A stretch of 64,000 bases of DNA, from the NCBI RefSeq assembly GCF_031769215.1, contig NW_026782426.1, forward strand, positions 682,001 to 746,000, written 5' to 3'. Under the pieces are notes generated by a model. The model was not told the DNA's origin and made no database searches. It saw only the letters and a program-made list of their open reading frames with translations. The stretch's first letter is position 1. Every line of letters begins with the position of its first letter. Position numbers and translations under genes: made by a program. Below, in pieces: positions 25,581-38,150 of this stretch. The DNA is from Ylistrum balloti. Lineage: Eukaryota.

Positions 25581-27058
25581 TATAGTAAAATTAAACAAAT
25601 TACAATAAAAACAAGTGACTCATACCTTATCTGACATGAAATGCTGAAATATTTTAAGATACTGGAGTCCAATATTAAACCTTTAGTATTTAAACACAAT
25701 GCCACTATGAATTTTACAAAAACCCAAAATGTAAATATTTAAAACATATCAAAGTTGAATTTAAACACCATTGACCAATAAATAACAGATGTTAGACAAT
25801 GGTATGTCAGTAGACAATGGTGTGCTGTTATCATGATGACAGGTGAAACAGACATGTGATGTAATTTGTCATCACTTTCATCAAGGGCTGCTACAGATCA
25901 ACAGGATGTGTTCATCAGGAAACAGAGGCAAGAGGTACATGGGGCGGGGCAATCAGGAAGAGGTGTTATAGGCCAGCTTTAACACATAGAAATGAAACTT
26001 CAGGAAGAGGAGGAAAGATGCCTTCAGGGCCAAGTTTGTTATCACAAGGAGAAATAAAGGGCTTGCTTCATCTCAGCAAAGAGGCAGGCAACGCCTGTTG
26101 TTTTTTCCCTTTATCTCAAGAAAGACACTACAGACTCACTTTTCCTCTGAAAGAGGCATACAAGGCCTGTTGTATCTCAGGAAAGAGGCTTACAGGGAGT
26201 GCTTTGTTGCAAGAAAAAGAGGCTCACAGGGCCTACTTGAAGAGACTACAGGCAAAAAAGTTACAAACCATCAGAGTAATGAGGCACATAGATCCTGCAT
26301 CTGTCGAGAAAGAGGAAAAAAGCACCTGCTTATTGAAAAATCAAAAAACACCTGTATTTCTCAGGAACAATGTAAAATGCTCTGATCCTTTGGGAGCAAA
26401 TTAGAAATGTCTGTGAGGTGACAACTTTGACTTGTCTCACATTAGAAACGGAGACAGCACTTCTGGGAATTCGGGAAGATAATAAAAAAAGACTTGCTCT
26501 TCTTTCCTCATAGGGTAACCTTTTTAACAATCTTTTTCAGGTGTACTTGTAGGATTGTTCATGTAACCCAGTCCCTATTGCCCTCACAGTCGCGTTAATT
26601 ACCCATGTCTGATTGGGTAATGTCACAGAACCTGGATGTCTAAAGACTACAAATACAACGTCTCCCTTTTCCCTTGTGACATACGAATAGCTGTATAATG
26701 TCATATAGCAACCTCTTTTATCGTCTGATATTGAAGCATACTTAATTTTCGTGACAATGTGACAATCAGTCTGTCTTCTTCTACAACAGCTCAATGCCTA
26801 TCAGACTTCTTAGTATTTCCCAGAGATAAGCATGGTCTGGTTGATACTGCTCACAGGCAAACTGTGTAAGTGACACATTAGAACTATTTTGATAAAAATA
26901 CTATTATAAGTAAACAAGGAATTTGAATAATTTGAATTTCACTTTAACAATAGATATTTTATTTCCAGTTAATGTGAACATTGGTAAGGATATAATGGTT
27001 TTTGATCAAATTTCTTTTCAATCAAAATTTTGGACAACCCGAATTTCATTAAACCTTT

Positions 27059-27830
27059 AAAGACAGACATTGTGAGAGTTGGTCTCAGCCCAAATAAAGA
27101 GACATAGTGAAAGTTGCTATCGGGCCAAATAAAGACAGATATTGTGAGAGTTGGTCTTGGGCCAAATAAAGAGACAGAGTGAGAGTTGTTATCAGGCCAA
27201 ATAAAGACAGACATTGTGAGAGTTGGTCTTGGGCCAAATAAAGAGACAGAGTGAAAGTTGCTATCGGGCCAAATAAAGACAGACATTGTGAGAGTTGGTC
27301 TTGGGCCAAATAAGAGTTGGTCTTGGGCCAAATAAAGAGACAGAGTGAGAGTTGTTATCAGGCCAAATAAAGACAGACATTGTGAGAGTTGGTCTTGGGC
27401 CAAATAAAAACAGACATTGTGAGAGTTGGTCTTGGGCCAAATAAAGACAGACATAGTGAGAGTTGGTCTTGGGCTAAATAAAGACAGACATAGTGAGAGT
27501 TGGTCTTGGGCCAAATAAAGAGACAGAGTGAGAGTTGTTATCGGGCCAAATAAAGACAGACATTGTGAGAGTTGGTCTTGGGCCAAATAAAGAGACAGAG
27601 TGAGAGTTGTTATCAGGCCAAATAAAGACAGACATTGTGAGAGTTGGTCTTGGGCCAAATAAAAACAGACATTGTGAGAGTTGGTCTTGGGCCAAATAAA
27701 GACAGACATAGTGAGAGTTGGTCTTGGGCTAAATAAAGACAGACATAGTGAGAGTTGGTCTTGGGCCAAATAAAGACAGACATTGTGAGAGTTGGTCTTG
27801 GCCAAATAAAGACAGACATAGTGATATTTG
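27059..27830. repeat. Compound 37/35-bp minisatellite
   Basis: A unit CCAAATAAAGACAGACATTGTGAGAGTTGGTCTTGGG (37) and B unit CCAAATAAAGAGACAGAGTGAGAGTTGTTATCAGG (35) interspersed. Confidence 0.96.
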
Positions 27831-29019
27831 GTCTCGGATCAAATAAATGTGCAACAATATTATACATTAAATTTGCATGTGTTGGTAAAAACAGTAACAT
27901 AATGTGAAAATTGTTGAAGGTATGGACTAAAGTCTTAACACCATGTCTTGCTGATTCTATAAATGTTAAACATTTTTCAACATATCCAATATCATTCAAC
28001 AGCATGTTAATAAAACATTCATGTCACTCTCACAATCGGAACTGGTTTATAATCTAAAGATTTACAAATATAAATCCAACACATTTTTCATTGGTATTAT
28101 TGCTCTAAACCCTTAATGTGTTTCCTGTTTGTATCTGAAGGTACTATTAACAGGAGGTTTATTTTGCTAATTTGTTTCCTTCTATCCATCCACTTTGTAA
28201 TGACGTCTAGTTAACACCAAATCATTCCAAATCCCGATTCATTAATTCCACTGTATGATACATCTAGTCCTTCACATGCATGCCATTGCATGTGATTGGC
28301 ATGCCTCCATTGGGCCCTAATGAGGCCCTTTGGTTTTACACAGGAAATGTATGAGATATAAAGCCTTTCCTGAAAAGGCAATGACAAATCTTTCTCCTGA
28401 TCAAATAAACCTCTACTTGACCCTTTAGTGACCAAACTGCCCAACGGTCATCCAGAAAGAAATTACTCGTTTCGGAAGAAATCTGGCAGTGATTGAAATT
28501 CCTTTGCCTGGTTTAAACCAAATGATTTCATTTCACTTTTTTCTCATTACAATCATTGCCTTGTTTTATTAATTTGTCTCCAATGTCAGCAGTAAAGTGA
28601 AAGGTCATGACCTCAGGTTTGCTACTACAGAAAGTAAGGTCATGACCTCAAGTTTCCCTGACAATATTAGTATAAGCTAGACAGGTTGAATTCTATATAT
28701 ATATAAAACCAGTGACACTATCAGATATAAAACTTAAACTGAATAATATAATAACTATTACTGACAAATACATCACAATTTTATGAAAGGGATAGGAAAT
28801 AAAAATGACTCCATTTTAAGGAATTATAATTTCCATCTTCGACTTTTTTTCTCATGAATGTCTAATGAAGGTTGATAAAAGTAAAGATCAGGGATTCTGC
28901 TCAATACGACATAAGTTTTGGTAGGTGACTAGTTATCATACGTCTATTGAGAACAATGTCTACATATGGCTTTGCTGTCTCTAGGATGGGTTTCATGGAG
29001 GGAGAAAAATGGGCGAGAA

Positions 29020-29200
29020 TGTATATGAGGTGGGCAGATGAAATTGGGAGAAGAGGGGGACTGAGTGGGAAGGGGGATGAGTGGATCTACCCCCCCCCCC
29101 CCCCCCCACCCTTCCTATTTGGAGATAGGGTGAGGTGTGTGTAGGGAGGGGGTACAGGTGAAGGGGAAGAGTAGAAGGGGGACAGAAGAGGAAGAGGGGT
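29020..29200. repeat. G-rich low-complexity tract with a C18 homopolymer
   Basis: Multiple GGG-GGGGG runs on +; C run at 29090-29107. Confidence 0.85.
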
Positions 29201-29986
29201 CTTTTGGTCAAAGTCTGCCTTCAATCTTCAATCTATATCAGGAACAGTCACCAACACCCTCTGTGTGATGAGAATAAAAGCAGAACTCCCCCTGGGATTA
29301 AAGTTTCATTCCATCCCTCGAGAGGCCCCAAGAGACCAAGCAAATTCAGTTATATTTGTTAAAGTTAATCAGAGAATCCACACAATGATGAGGGGCCCCC
29401 AAGGGGAAATCTCACGTGTCCTTCCCACAAATCCCTTTAGTTGTTCTCAGGGGAACATTAATGGTCAGTTGGTATTTCAATCAAGGGATTACCTAGTGAT
29501 AATTGTTGGGATCTGTTACAATGACCTCTGAACCCTGTCAATTGGTCAAAAGAAGTTTATCACCGAATTTGCAAGTGATGATTGGATAAAATGTGTTCCA
29601 GGCATGTTCAATCCGAAAGTGAGATATCATCATGTTTACTAATTAGCTGGGGATGACCTCTCTCTTTAAGGTGAAATAATGACCATTGAGTTTTATCTCC
29701 TTGTTTAGAGAGATTGAAAATAAATTAAGTTCTATTATGAAAATACTGATTGGGTACAACAATTGACATTTTACAGGAATAACTGAAAGTACAGACTTGG
29801 GACACTAGAACAATTAACATTGCTTTTAATTAGTGATTTATCATCAAACTATTAATTGTCCCCTAATACGTTTAATTTACATCTCATGAACGTGTTAAAA
29901 TATTGATTTAATCATTTTTTTTATCACCAGTGAGATTTCAGAAATTATCAGTTTTTATGAAAACTTGTATTACTGCAATGACAATA

Positions 29987-30165
29987 CAGTTAAGCTTGTC
30001 TCTAAAAAGCCACTTGAGGGAGCAGAGAAAAATGGTCTTTATGCACAAGTGGTCTTTATATAGAGGTTCAATTCTATTGATTTGTGTTATATAGGGAACC
30101 AAAGAAGTGACCTTTATGAACAGGTGACCTTTGTATAAAAGTGGCCTTTAAAACAAGTTTGACTC
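29987..30165. mobile_element. ~179-bp MITE of the Tc1/mariner-pogo type
   Basis: TA|CAGTTAAGCTTGTCTCTAAAAAGCCAC ... GTGGCCTTTAAAACAAGTTTGACTC|TA: imperfect TIRs, TA on both sides, internal GTGGTCTTTAT repeats. Confidence 0.8.
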
Positions 30166-31339
30166 TAGACTTTTAGATATCAACCTTTCAGAATATCTCC
30201 TTCTATTTTTTTTATTTAAAGAATTTCTGTTCAGATATCCGACGGCTTCTGTTTGATCATTTTTGCACACAACCACAGAATATGATACCATGTGTTGAAC
30301 AGCTCTATTCAAAATGGTGTCTTCCTGTTTTCACTTTATTTGAAAATAATGATAAAGAGTAAATTGCTAATAGTATCCAGTGAGTCAACGTATCACTTAT
30401 GATTTGAAGTCAGTGGGTGGGCTTATTAAGGGACAATAAGATTACATTGGTTGATTTTGAATATCTATAGTAGTAGGTATGAGTGGTATAGTACTAGACT
30501 TATTGTGATAAATACGGTACACACAAACACTACCATTTTGGTAAAACTATGAAATTTCCCTATGATATTCAGCATGAAGGCAATAACATTGAAAAAAGGG
30601 GAGGTAATCATGCAAGAAATGGTAAAATACAGAACCACAATGATGAACCAACAAATGTGTACTGTATAAACCTGAGAATATCTGTAACACTACTAGATAC
30701 CGAATTCCTTGCACCATTTGTTGAACGTGGTATTTAAACAATTAAAAGTTAAAATCAATGTGTTAATTCTTTATCGCTAGCTTATTTGCAGTCAAGTACC
30801 GCTGTACTTTATAGGCAGTTAATTAACACAGTATTTGTATGAAAATCTTCCAACTTGTTAGAGTTGGCGATCATTTTCCCATAAATATCCATCTAAAGTT
30901 TAATGAATACGTAGTGAGAATACAGAAGGTAATTTCCTTTCAACGTAACATGCAGTAGAAAGTTTTCATTATACTGTCGCACAAGTACGAGACTTTTTAT
31001 CCTACAGCTAACAAAAGCCGAACAGTACATCAAGCCCCACAAGTACAAACTTGCATTTATTAAGTTACATTGATCAGCATAAAAAATGGAGACTAAGAGT
31101 TCCTATCTTATAACACAAGTTAATGTTCTGAAATGTCAAAGTTTGAAAACACTAAATATTTGATTTTATAAAAGTTGGCAATGTGACTATGCTGGTTAAA
31201 ATTTTAATCACTGTTTATGATCATATTCAATTTTTTCTTTTTTTTTCTATCAAATTAACTTTTTTTCCCTACTTTACAGAAAGGTTAAATGCAGTTATAC
31301 AAAACAGAGGTGAGAGTACATGTGGTTCAGGACTATGTG

Positions 31340-31530
31340 TCTGCCCAAGTGAGGATTGACAAACCAATTTTCAGTAAAATGTGACCGAGTTAGGTGTCAT
31401 GCTACTGTGCCCATGTTATGACATTTCAGTGTGATGACACTATAAAATGTCTGTTGATGGTCCTATCATTTGTGGACATCAACCTAACATGACCTTGGCT
31501 GTTGCATGGATGTAAAACTACAAACAGAAA
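31340..31530 (+). mobile_element. Degenerate 3' half of a mollusc-type tRNA SINE
   Basis: CAGTAAAATGTGACCGAG..GTCATG..TTTCAGTG..CACTATAAAA..CATGACC..GATGTAAAACTACAAAC resembles the central/3' layout of mollusc SINEs; from recall, no head or TSD seen. Confidence 0.4.
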
Positions 31531-31609
31531 TATCTTAATATTGTTTTGTCATTATTTGTTCTTTTCCCTTCTTTTCTATTCTTTACTCCATTCTTGCTTT
31601 TTATAACAT

Positions 31610-32150
31610 GAAATCCAAGATGTCTGCCCATCAGCAATTTTGTTTTATGATCAGTTCTAAATGCATATGGGCATATAATTACAGAACATGGGAAAACTAC
31701 ATATGAAATTTAAGAAAGCTAGATCAATCTGGTACTTCACAAGAAATAGCGAAAAAATACTTTTTGGTAAAAATCCAAGATGACCATCTGTCAGTTTTTT
31801 AATTTTTCTGAATAGTCTCAAAATCAAAAGGGCGTAACAATGGGCTAAGAGGAACCTACATATAAAATTTGAGGATACCGCAATGATAACAAATCATGAC
31901 TGTCAAAAACCAAGATGGTCTTCTTTTTTTCTGATTAATCTCAAAATGGTCAATGTTCAAACAGGAACCAAGATTAATCTACATATAAAATTTGGTAATG
32001 ATCTATCAAATACTTCTGGAGAAATAGCGATAACAAGAATTGTTTAATGACTGACGTATGGATGCCAGATCATGGAGGACGGGAGAGGGAGAGGATAGAG
32101 AGAGATGTCTCAGACACCCTGACAATTCAGCTGACTGAAGCCATAAAATG
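31610..32150 (+). mobile_element. HINE/pearl-like non-autonomous element with three diverged ~135-160-bp internal repeats
   Basis: Units start with AA(T/C)CCAAGATG at ~31613, ~31771 and ~31906, each with CTACATAT(G/A)AAATTT; followed by a GA-rich tract. Confidence 0.55.
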
Positions 32151-33940
32151 TTTGAACTGGGGAAAAAAATCATTTAATATTCAAATGGTTAATTGTTATC
32201 AAGAGTAAATGTTTTTTTTTTTTCATTCTTTTTTCATCAAACTTGATATATCATAGTGTACTTCATAACATATATCAGCCTTTCAAACAATACCTGTATG
32301 TTTATTACAAATGTCAATACATGAAGATTGAAAGGTTATTTCTAAACATTATGCAGATACTCAGGAACATTGTGAGTCGCCTAAACTGACATGAGTTACC
32401 TCCCTTCTAATGTAAAATTTATTTGTAGGTAGACACATATATAATAGGTCTATATCTATCAATGTATATGAATCAATTATTTACTATATCTAAACCAAAC
32501 AGAATGTATCAATATCTCACAGGATTACACAAAAGAAATTATTTAGACTCTTGAATACTGTGGGGAATCCAAATTAGTTTCAAAGTCTGAGTCGATGAAA
32601 GGGTTCAAAATTTTACAAGGGATTTACAAAAAGCAGAAGAAGGGGAAAATATAAACTTCTGTGGTTGAAAACATAAAGCCTGCTTGTGTAAATAATTCTG
32701 ACTGGTCATTGCATGTTTTGTATCATCCTATAAAATATATGTATATCTATTTACTTATTGTACCTATGTATGGCTGGATCGAATGAAGTAACAGCTCGCT
32801 CAATGAAACATGATAATGTTTACTAGGGTGCGTGAAGCGTAAGAAAATCAATACTGCAAAAATAATCAATAAACAGAACTCATTTACATATAATTAATAC
32901 CCTACAGAACTAAAATTTTAATGAAGAGAGGGGCAGAACTCTCAGGTGAGTTAAAGCAGGTGAACCAAGTCACCCTGAGAAATTACATCTGTAAACTCTT
33001 CCTGTCAACCCCATCTCTTTAAATAGAATGATCCATTTGATTCATCTGGCCTGATCAACTGAGATCAAGTAGGGTTGTCAGGATGTTATGTAATAGTGAT
33101 ATTAGAAGCAATGAAGTGTATTTGGATAATATTAACCAACTATCTTCAGTTTCCATAGGAACGATTACATGGTCACCTGTGAAGCTATAATCAATAAAAT
33201 ATTCAATATCAGGTTTTCAAATATGAACACAGATACACACCTGATCCTGAAGTGTGCTTATCAATATCTAAAACTGTCTACAATTATAGGCCAAGTAAAT
33301 AAGAATTTGTTTCTAGTGACAATACTTGAATGTGTCATTATAGACGGTCAATACAAAATGCCTATTGAAAATAAAAAAATTTCTTTCATTTTTTAAGTAA
33401 AAAAGTACTTTAGTAATCTCTCTCATCATCTTTTCCTTTTGACTAAACTTCATTTATCTCTTTATAATTTCAGACAGATATTTACTGCTAGTTTTAGGAC
33501 TTTTTTCTCACAAAAGTGATTCTAAGAAACTGTATTAAAATATATATTTATCTTGAATTTGCTTCAACTTTATCTCGTAAGTATGGTTCCTTCATTATAT
33601 TTTACTTACAAAATTAATTAATCATAGTGTCTATTTCATCTACTATAACAACAGATATCATATTTTTAAGATTAAACATGGTACAATAAAAATCTAATTA
33701 TATTATCAAATCAAATCTTCAAAATGGTATATCTTAAGATGAAAAAGGATTATTACCGGGAAAATAGACATCAGATTTATTATTGGGTAGGAAGACGAAA
33801 AGCATATGTAACAGCATTAATGTGTCCCAGCCCCTAATTACTAGAGTCATTTCAATGTATGTTTAAACATCCAAATGTAAATTTCCTTTATACCTTATTG
33901 CTGTGTGAAACTCTTCTATAAAGGAGATAAATATTGCTTA

Positions 33941-34146
33941 AAGGTAGTAAACTCTCTAAAGTCTCCATGCCACACACAGTAAGGTAGCATCTAATATTAA
34001 TCTCCATGTCACACTACGGTAGCATACATCCTCAAGTCTCCATGTCTCACTAAGGTAGCATACATCCTCAAGTCTCCATGTCTCACTAAGGTAGCATACA
34101 TCCTTAAGTCTCCATGTCTCGCTAAGGTAGCATACATCCTTAAGTC
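33941..34146. repeat. 36-bp minisatellite, ~5.5 copies
   Basis: Unit AAGGTAGCATACATCCT(C/T)AAGTCTCCATGTCTCACT. Confidence 0.93.
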
Positions 34147-36411
34147 AGTTTATCTAAAGATTAATCCTGAAGTAACGGAATTCAGATATTCACTTTATCA
34201 ATACTATGTATTACTGTAAATCTCTAGTATCTGTCCCCTACACAGCCAAGACTTTTGTTGTTGAGTCTAATCTTGGACAGGTGATTCATGGCATCTGCTA
34301 AATACCAGTGAGACTTAAATCTTTTTTTAGTAGCCGTATTTAATGATTTCATTTCCAATAAATAGTGAAATATTTTTATTCTTGCTGTGTAACAGCTTTG
34401 CCACCTATATACAGTAAAATGCATTAGTCCTGTTGTGTGTTACCTGGCCGAGAAAGTGCCCCTGCCGACCTCCCCCTCCCCAGCAGATGTTGTTGAGTTT
34501 TCATCATAACTGCATGAGGCAGCAGGTGTTCACACAGAGAAAAGGAAATCTGGTCAACTGGAACCTCACAAGTTACTGGGACAGATGAAAACCCAGCTTT
34601 ATTCAGATTGCCAAGGGCATGCGAGAGGAATATCCTGATGAAAACTTGTTATATTTTCAATATTTAATGTTTCTCATAAAACACTTATCAAGCTTAAATT
34701 CTTAAATCAGATAACTGCAAAATACTTAGCAGTGTAGATATTTTTTAATGTGTAAATCTTAAAGTAAGGTTTCCATTATCATGACTGTAAGAATAATTTA
34801 TTCATTTAAAAAAACATGGATCTGAAATGTCTGAATCAAATCTCTCATACAAATGTTTTATCTGTAAATAATAAATGATTATTTTTATCTTTAAACTACT
34901 AGTAATTACAGACTCGCCCACCTGTCATGCGATTCAACACAGAGAAAATATCATAACTAAAGTTTCTCAGGTCTTGTGTGCTGTGGTTCATATATCAGAT
35001 AATTGTTCGTCCTCTATTGAAAAGGAAGGGATATTGATGTCACAAACACTCTCCAATGATCAGCTGCTTCGAGTGTCGAGTTAAAAGCTTCGACACATAA
35101 TTCTGACAAGCATGACAAAGGTACATAAATGCCACAAGTGTCCATATTACAGTTTTATTAGCCACCTAATCCTATCCAGTAACGGAGCACAACCGATCAG
35201 ACCATCGGAGCCCTGCTATGTTTACAAACAAATAACAATATATTTCTCCTTAAAATAACTGTGACAAAATTCAACCGTCAAATAACTAAATATTAGTTTC
35301 TCTGTCAGTATGTATTCTTACCCAATCAAGAAATAATTGATAAATGATAATTATGTATGTCACAAATGTATTTAATTCATTATATACATCATAAATGTTT
35401 ATGGTGCAAATTTTCCTTATTTACTCAATCAATAGCTACTATAATTTTTCTTCATTCATTTCTGTCAAAAATGCTTACTTATATGATTCAATGACAAATA
35501 CAGCACACATTGATAAATTGATGAAAAATGTATTTTAAATGTAATACCTGTGTGTTATTTGATTTTATAGATACTGAAGTATGGTATTACCTGTCTGATG
35601 TTTACCTGTATAATTATCTAATAGATGGCGAAGTCGTTGTAACTAAAGCTATACACAATGGTTTATTAACCATGTTTTCTACATCTGAGAGGCTATTTAT
35701 GTACTTTCCAAACAGTTGGAGAGTTGATGAAAGGCGCTCACCGTTGATCTAAAGCCTATTACCTCTCCAGTCGTTTACCTGGATAATTAACAGGTACAAA
35801 AGCTGACTAGGTAAACTAAGGTCAAATCGTCATGGAGATTACCGCTAATTCAACAATAGACACAGACTCCCGACACTCGTACCATCCCACAACACACGAC
35901 AAAAAACTATTGATACATCCGCCAATAACACGCCATTCAATACCTAATCCTTGTGTCCTAGCCTACATCCCTTTCATACAGTCTAGGAAATAAAACTGTA
36001 CGATTGTCTCCAGAACAAGAAATAACAAAGCGTTATCAAGTGTTCGTCAATAATATATAATTGGTAGATACAGGAATAACAACACAATGCTATGATTACC
36101 AATAGGTTTGACAATAGACATATTCTACAATGTAAACAGTCCTCTTCCGTCTGTGTCAGAGATAACTCATACAGCCTTGTGTTAAAAGGTTTGGTATGTT
36201 GGGGAGCATATTACATACAGTCACGTTAACTTCGGAAAGATTTCAGAATAGAATAAGAGAATCACATTCATTGAAACCTTAATGACAAAATCAGCAGTCT
36301 TCAGTTACGATGGACAGAAAAATTTGTAATACTAGTTTAGTGTGTTAAATTGAGGAACATAAAACAGCTCATTTCCACAGGTATGTTGAGGTTTACAGAT
36401 ATCTTAAAAAC

Positions 36412-38150
36412 ATCCACTAATGTCAGTTCTATTGTGTTACAGACATGTAACAGACACCCACTAATGTCAGTTCTATTGTGTTACAGACATGTAACAGACA
36501 CCCTCTAATGTCAGTTCTATTGTGATACAGACATGTAACAGACACCCACTAATGTCAGTTCTATTGTTTTACAGACACCCACTAATGTCAGTTCTATTGT
36601 TTTACTGACATGTAACAGACACCCACTAATGTCAGTTCTATTGTTTTACAGACACCCACTAATGTCAGTTCTATTGTTTTACTGACATGTAACAGACACC
36701 CACTAATGTCAGTTCTATTGTGTTACTGACATGTAACAGACACCCACTAATGTCAGTTCTATTGTGTTACTGACATGTAACAGACACCCACTAATGTCAG
36801 TTCTATTGTGTTACTGACATGTAACAGACACCCACTAATGTCAGTTCTATTGTGTTACAGACATGTAACAGACACCCACTAATGTCAGTTCTATCATGTT
36901 ACTGACATGTAACAGACGCCCACTAATGTCAGTTCTATTGTGTTACTGACATGTAACAGACGCCCACTAATGTCAGTTCTATTGTGTTTCTGACATGTAA
37001 CAGACACCCACTAATGTCAGTTCTATTGTGTAACTGACATGTAACAGACACCCACTAATGTCAGTTCTGTTGTGTTACTGACATGTAACAGACACCCACT
37101 AATGTCAGTTCAATTGTGTTACTGACATGTAACAGACACCCACTAATGTCAGTTCTATTGTGTTACTGACATGTTACAGACACCCACTAATGTCAGTTCT
37201 ATTGTGTTACTGATACATTACAGGCACCCACTAATATCAGTTCTATTGTTTAACTGACATGTAACAGACACCCACTAATGTCAGTTCTATTGTGTTACTG
37301 ACATGTAACAGACGCCCACTAATGTCAGTTCTATTGTGTTTCTGACATGTAACAGACACCCACTAATGTCAGTTCTATTGTGTAACTGACATGTAACAGA
37401 CACCCACTAATGTCAGTTCTGTTGTGTTACTGACATGTAACAGACACCCACTAATGTCAGTTCAATTGTGTTACTGACATGTAACAGACACCCACTAATG
37501 TCAGTTCTATTGTGTTACTGACATGTTACAGACACCCACTAATGTCAGTTCTATTGTGTTACTGATACATTACAGACACCCACTAATATCAGTTCTATTG
37601 TTTAACTGACATGTAACAGACACCCACTAATGTCAGTTCTATTGTGTTTCTGACATGTAACAGACACCCACTAATGTCAGTTCTATTTTTTTACTGACAT
37701 GTAACAGACACCCACTAATGTCAGTTCTATTGTGTTACTGACATGTAACAGACACCCACTAATGTCAGTTCTATTGTGTTACTGACATGTAACAGACACC
37801 CACTAATGTCAGTTCTATTGTGTTACTGACATGTAACAGACACCCACTAATGTCAGTTCTATTGTGTTACTGATACATTACAGACACCCACATCAGTTCT
37901 ATTGTTTAACTACATGTAACAGACACCCACTAATTCAGTTCTATTGTGTTACTGACATGTAACAGACACCCACTAATGTCAGTTCTATTTTTTTACTGAC
38001 ATGTAACAGACACCCACTAATGTCAGTTCTATTGTGTTACTGACATGTAACAGACACCCACTAATGTCAGTTCTATTGTTTTACTGACATGTAACAGACA
38101 CCCACTAATGTCAGTTCTTTTTTTTTACTGACATGTTACAGACATTGATT
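36412..38150. repeat. 44-bp minisatellite, ~40 copies
   Basis: Unit ACAGACACCCACTAATGTCAGTTCTATTGTGTTACTGACATGTA; 33-bp deletion variants near 36570 and 36650. Confidence 0.98.

Noticed and set aside
24655-25608. 25-aa repeat protein (MVAYSLKSPICHSVKAHTTK..)
   Set aside because: The frame is broken by 73-bp variant units, and both strands are open; a non-coding minisatellite explains it.
26969-27805. 278-aa minus-strand ORF
   Set aside because: Translation of the 37/35-bp array, cycling through frames.
31280-31349. Exon or Tc1 transposase C-terminus (RLNAVIQNRG)
   Set aside because: Only ~10 residues resemble the Tc1 tail, no DDE domain lies upstream, and the segment abuts a SINE-like remnant.
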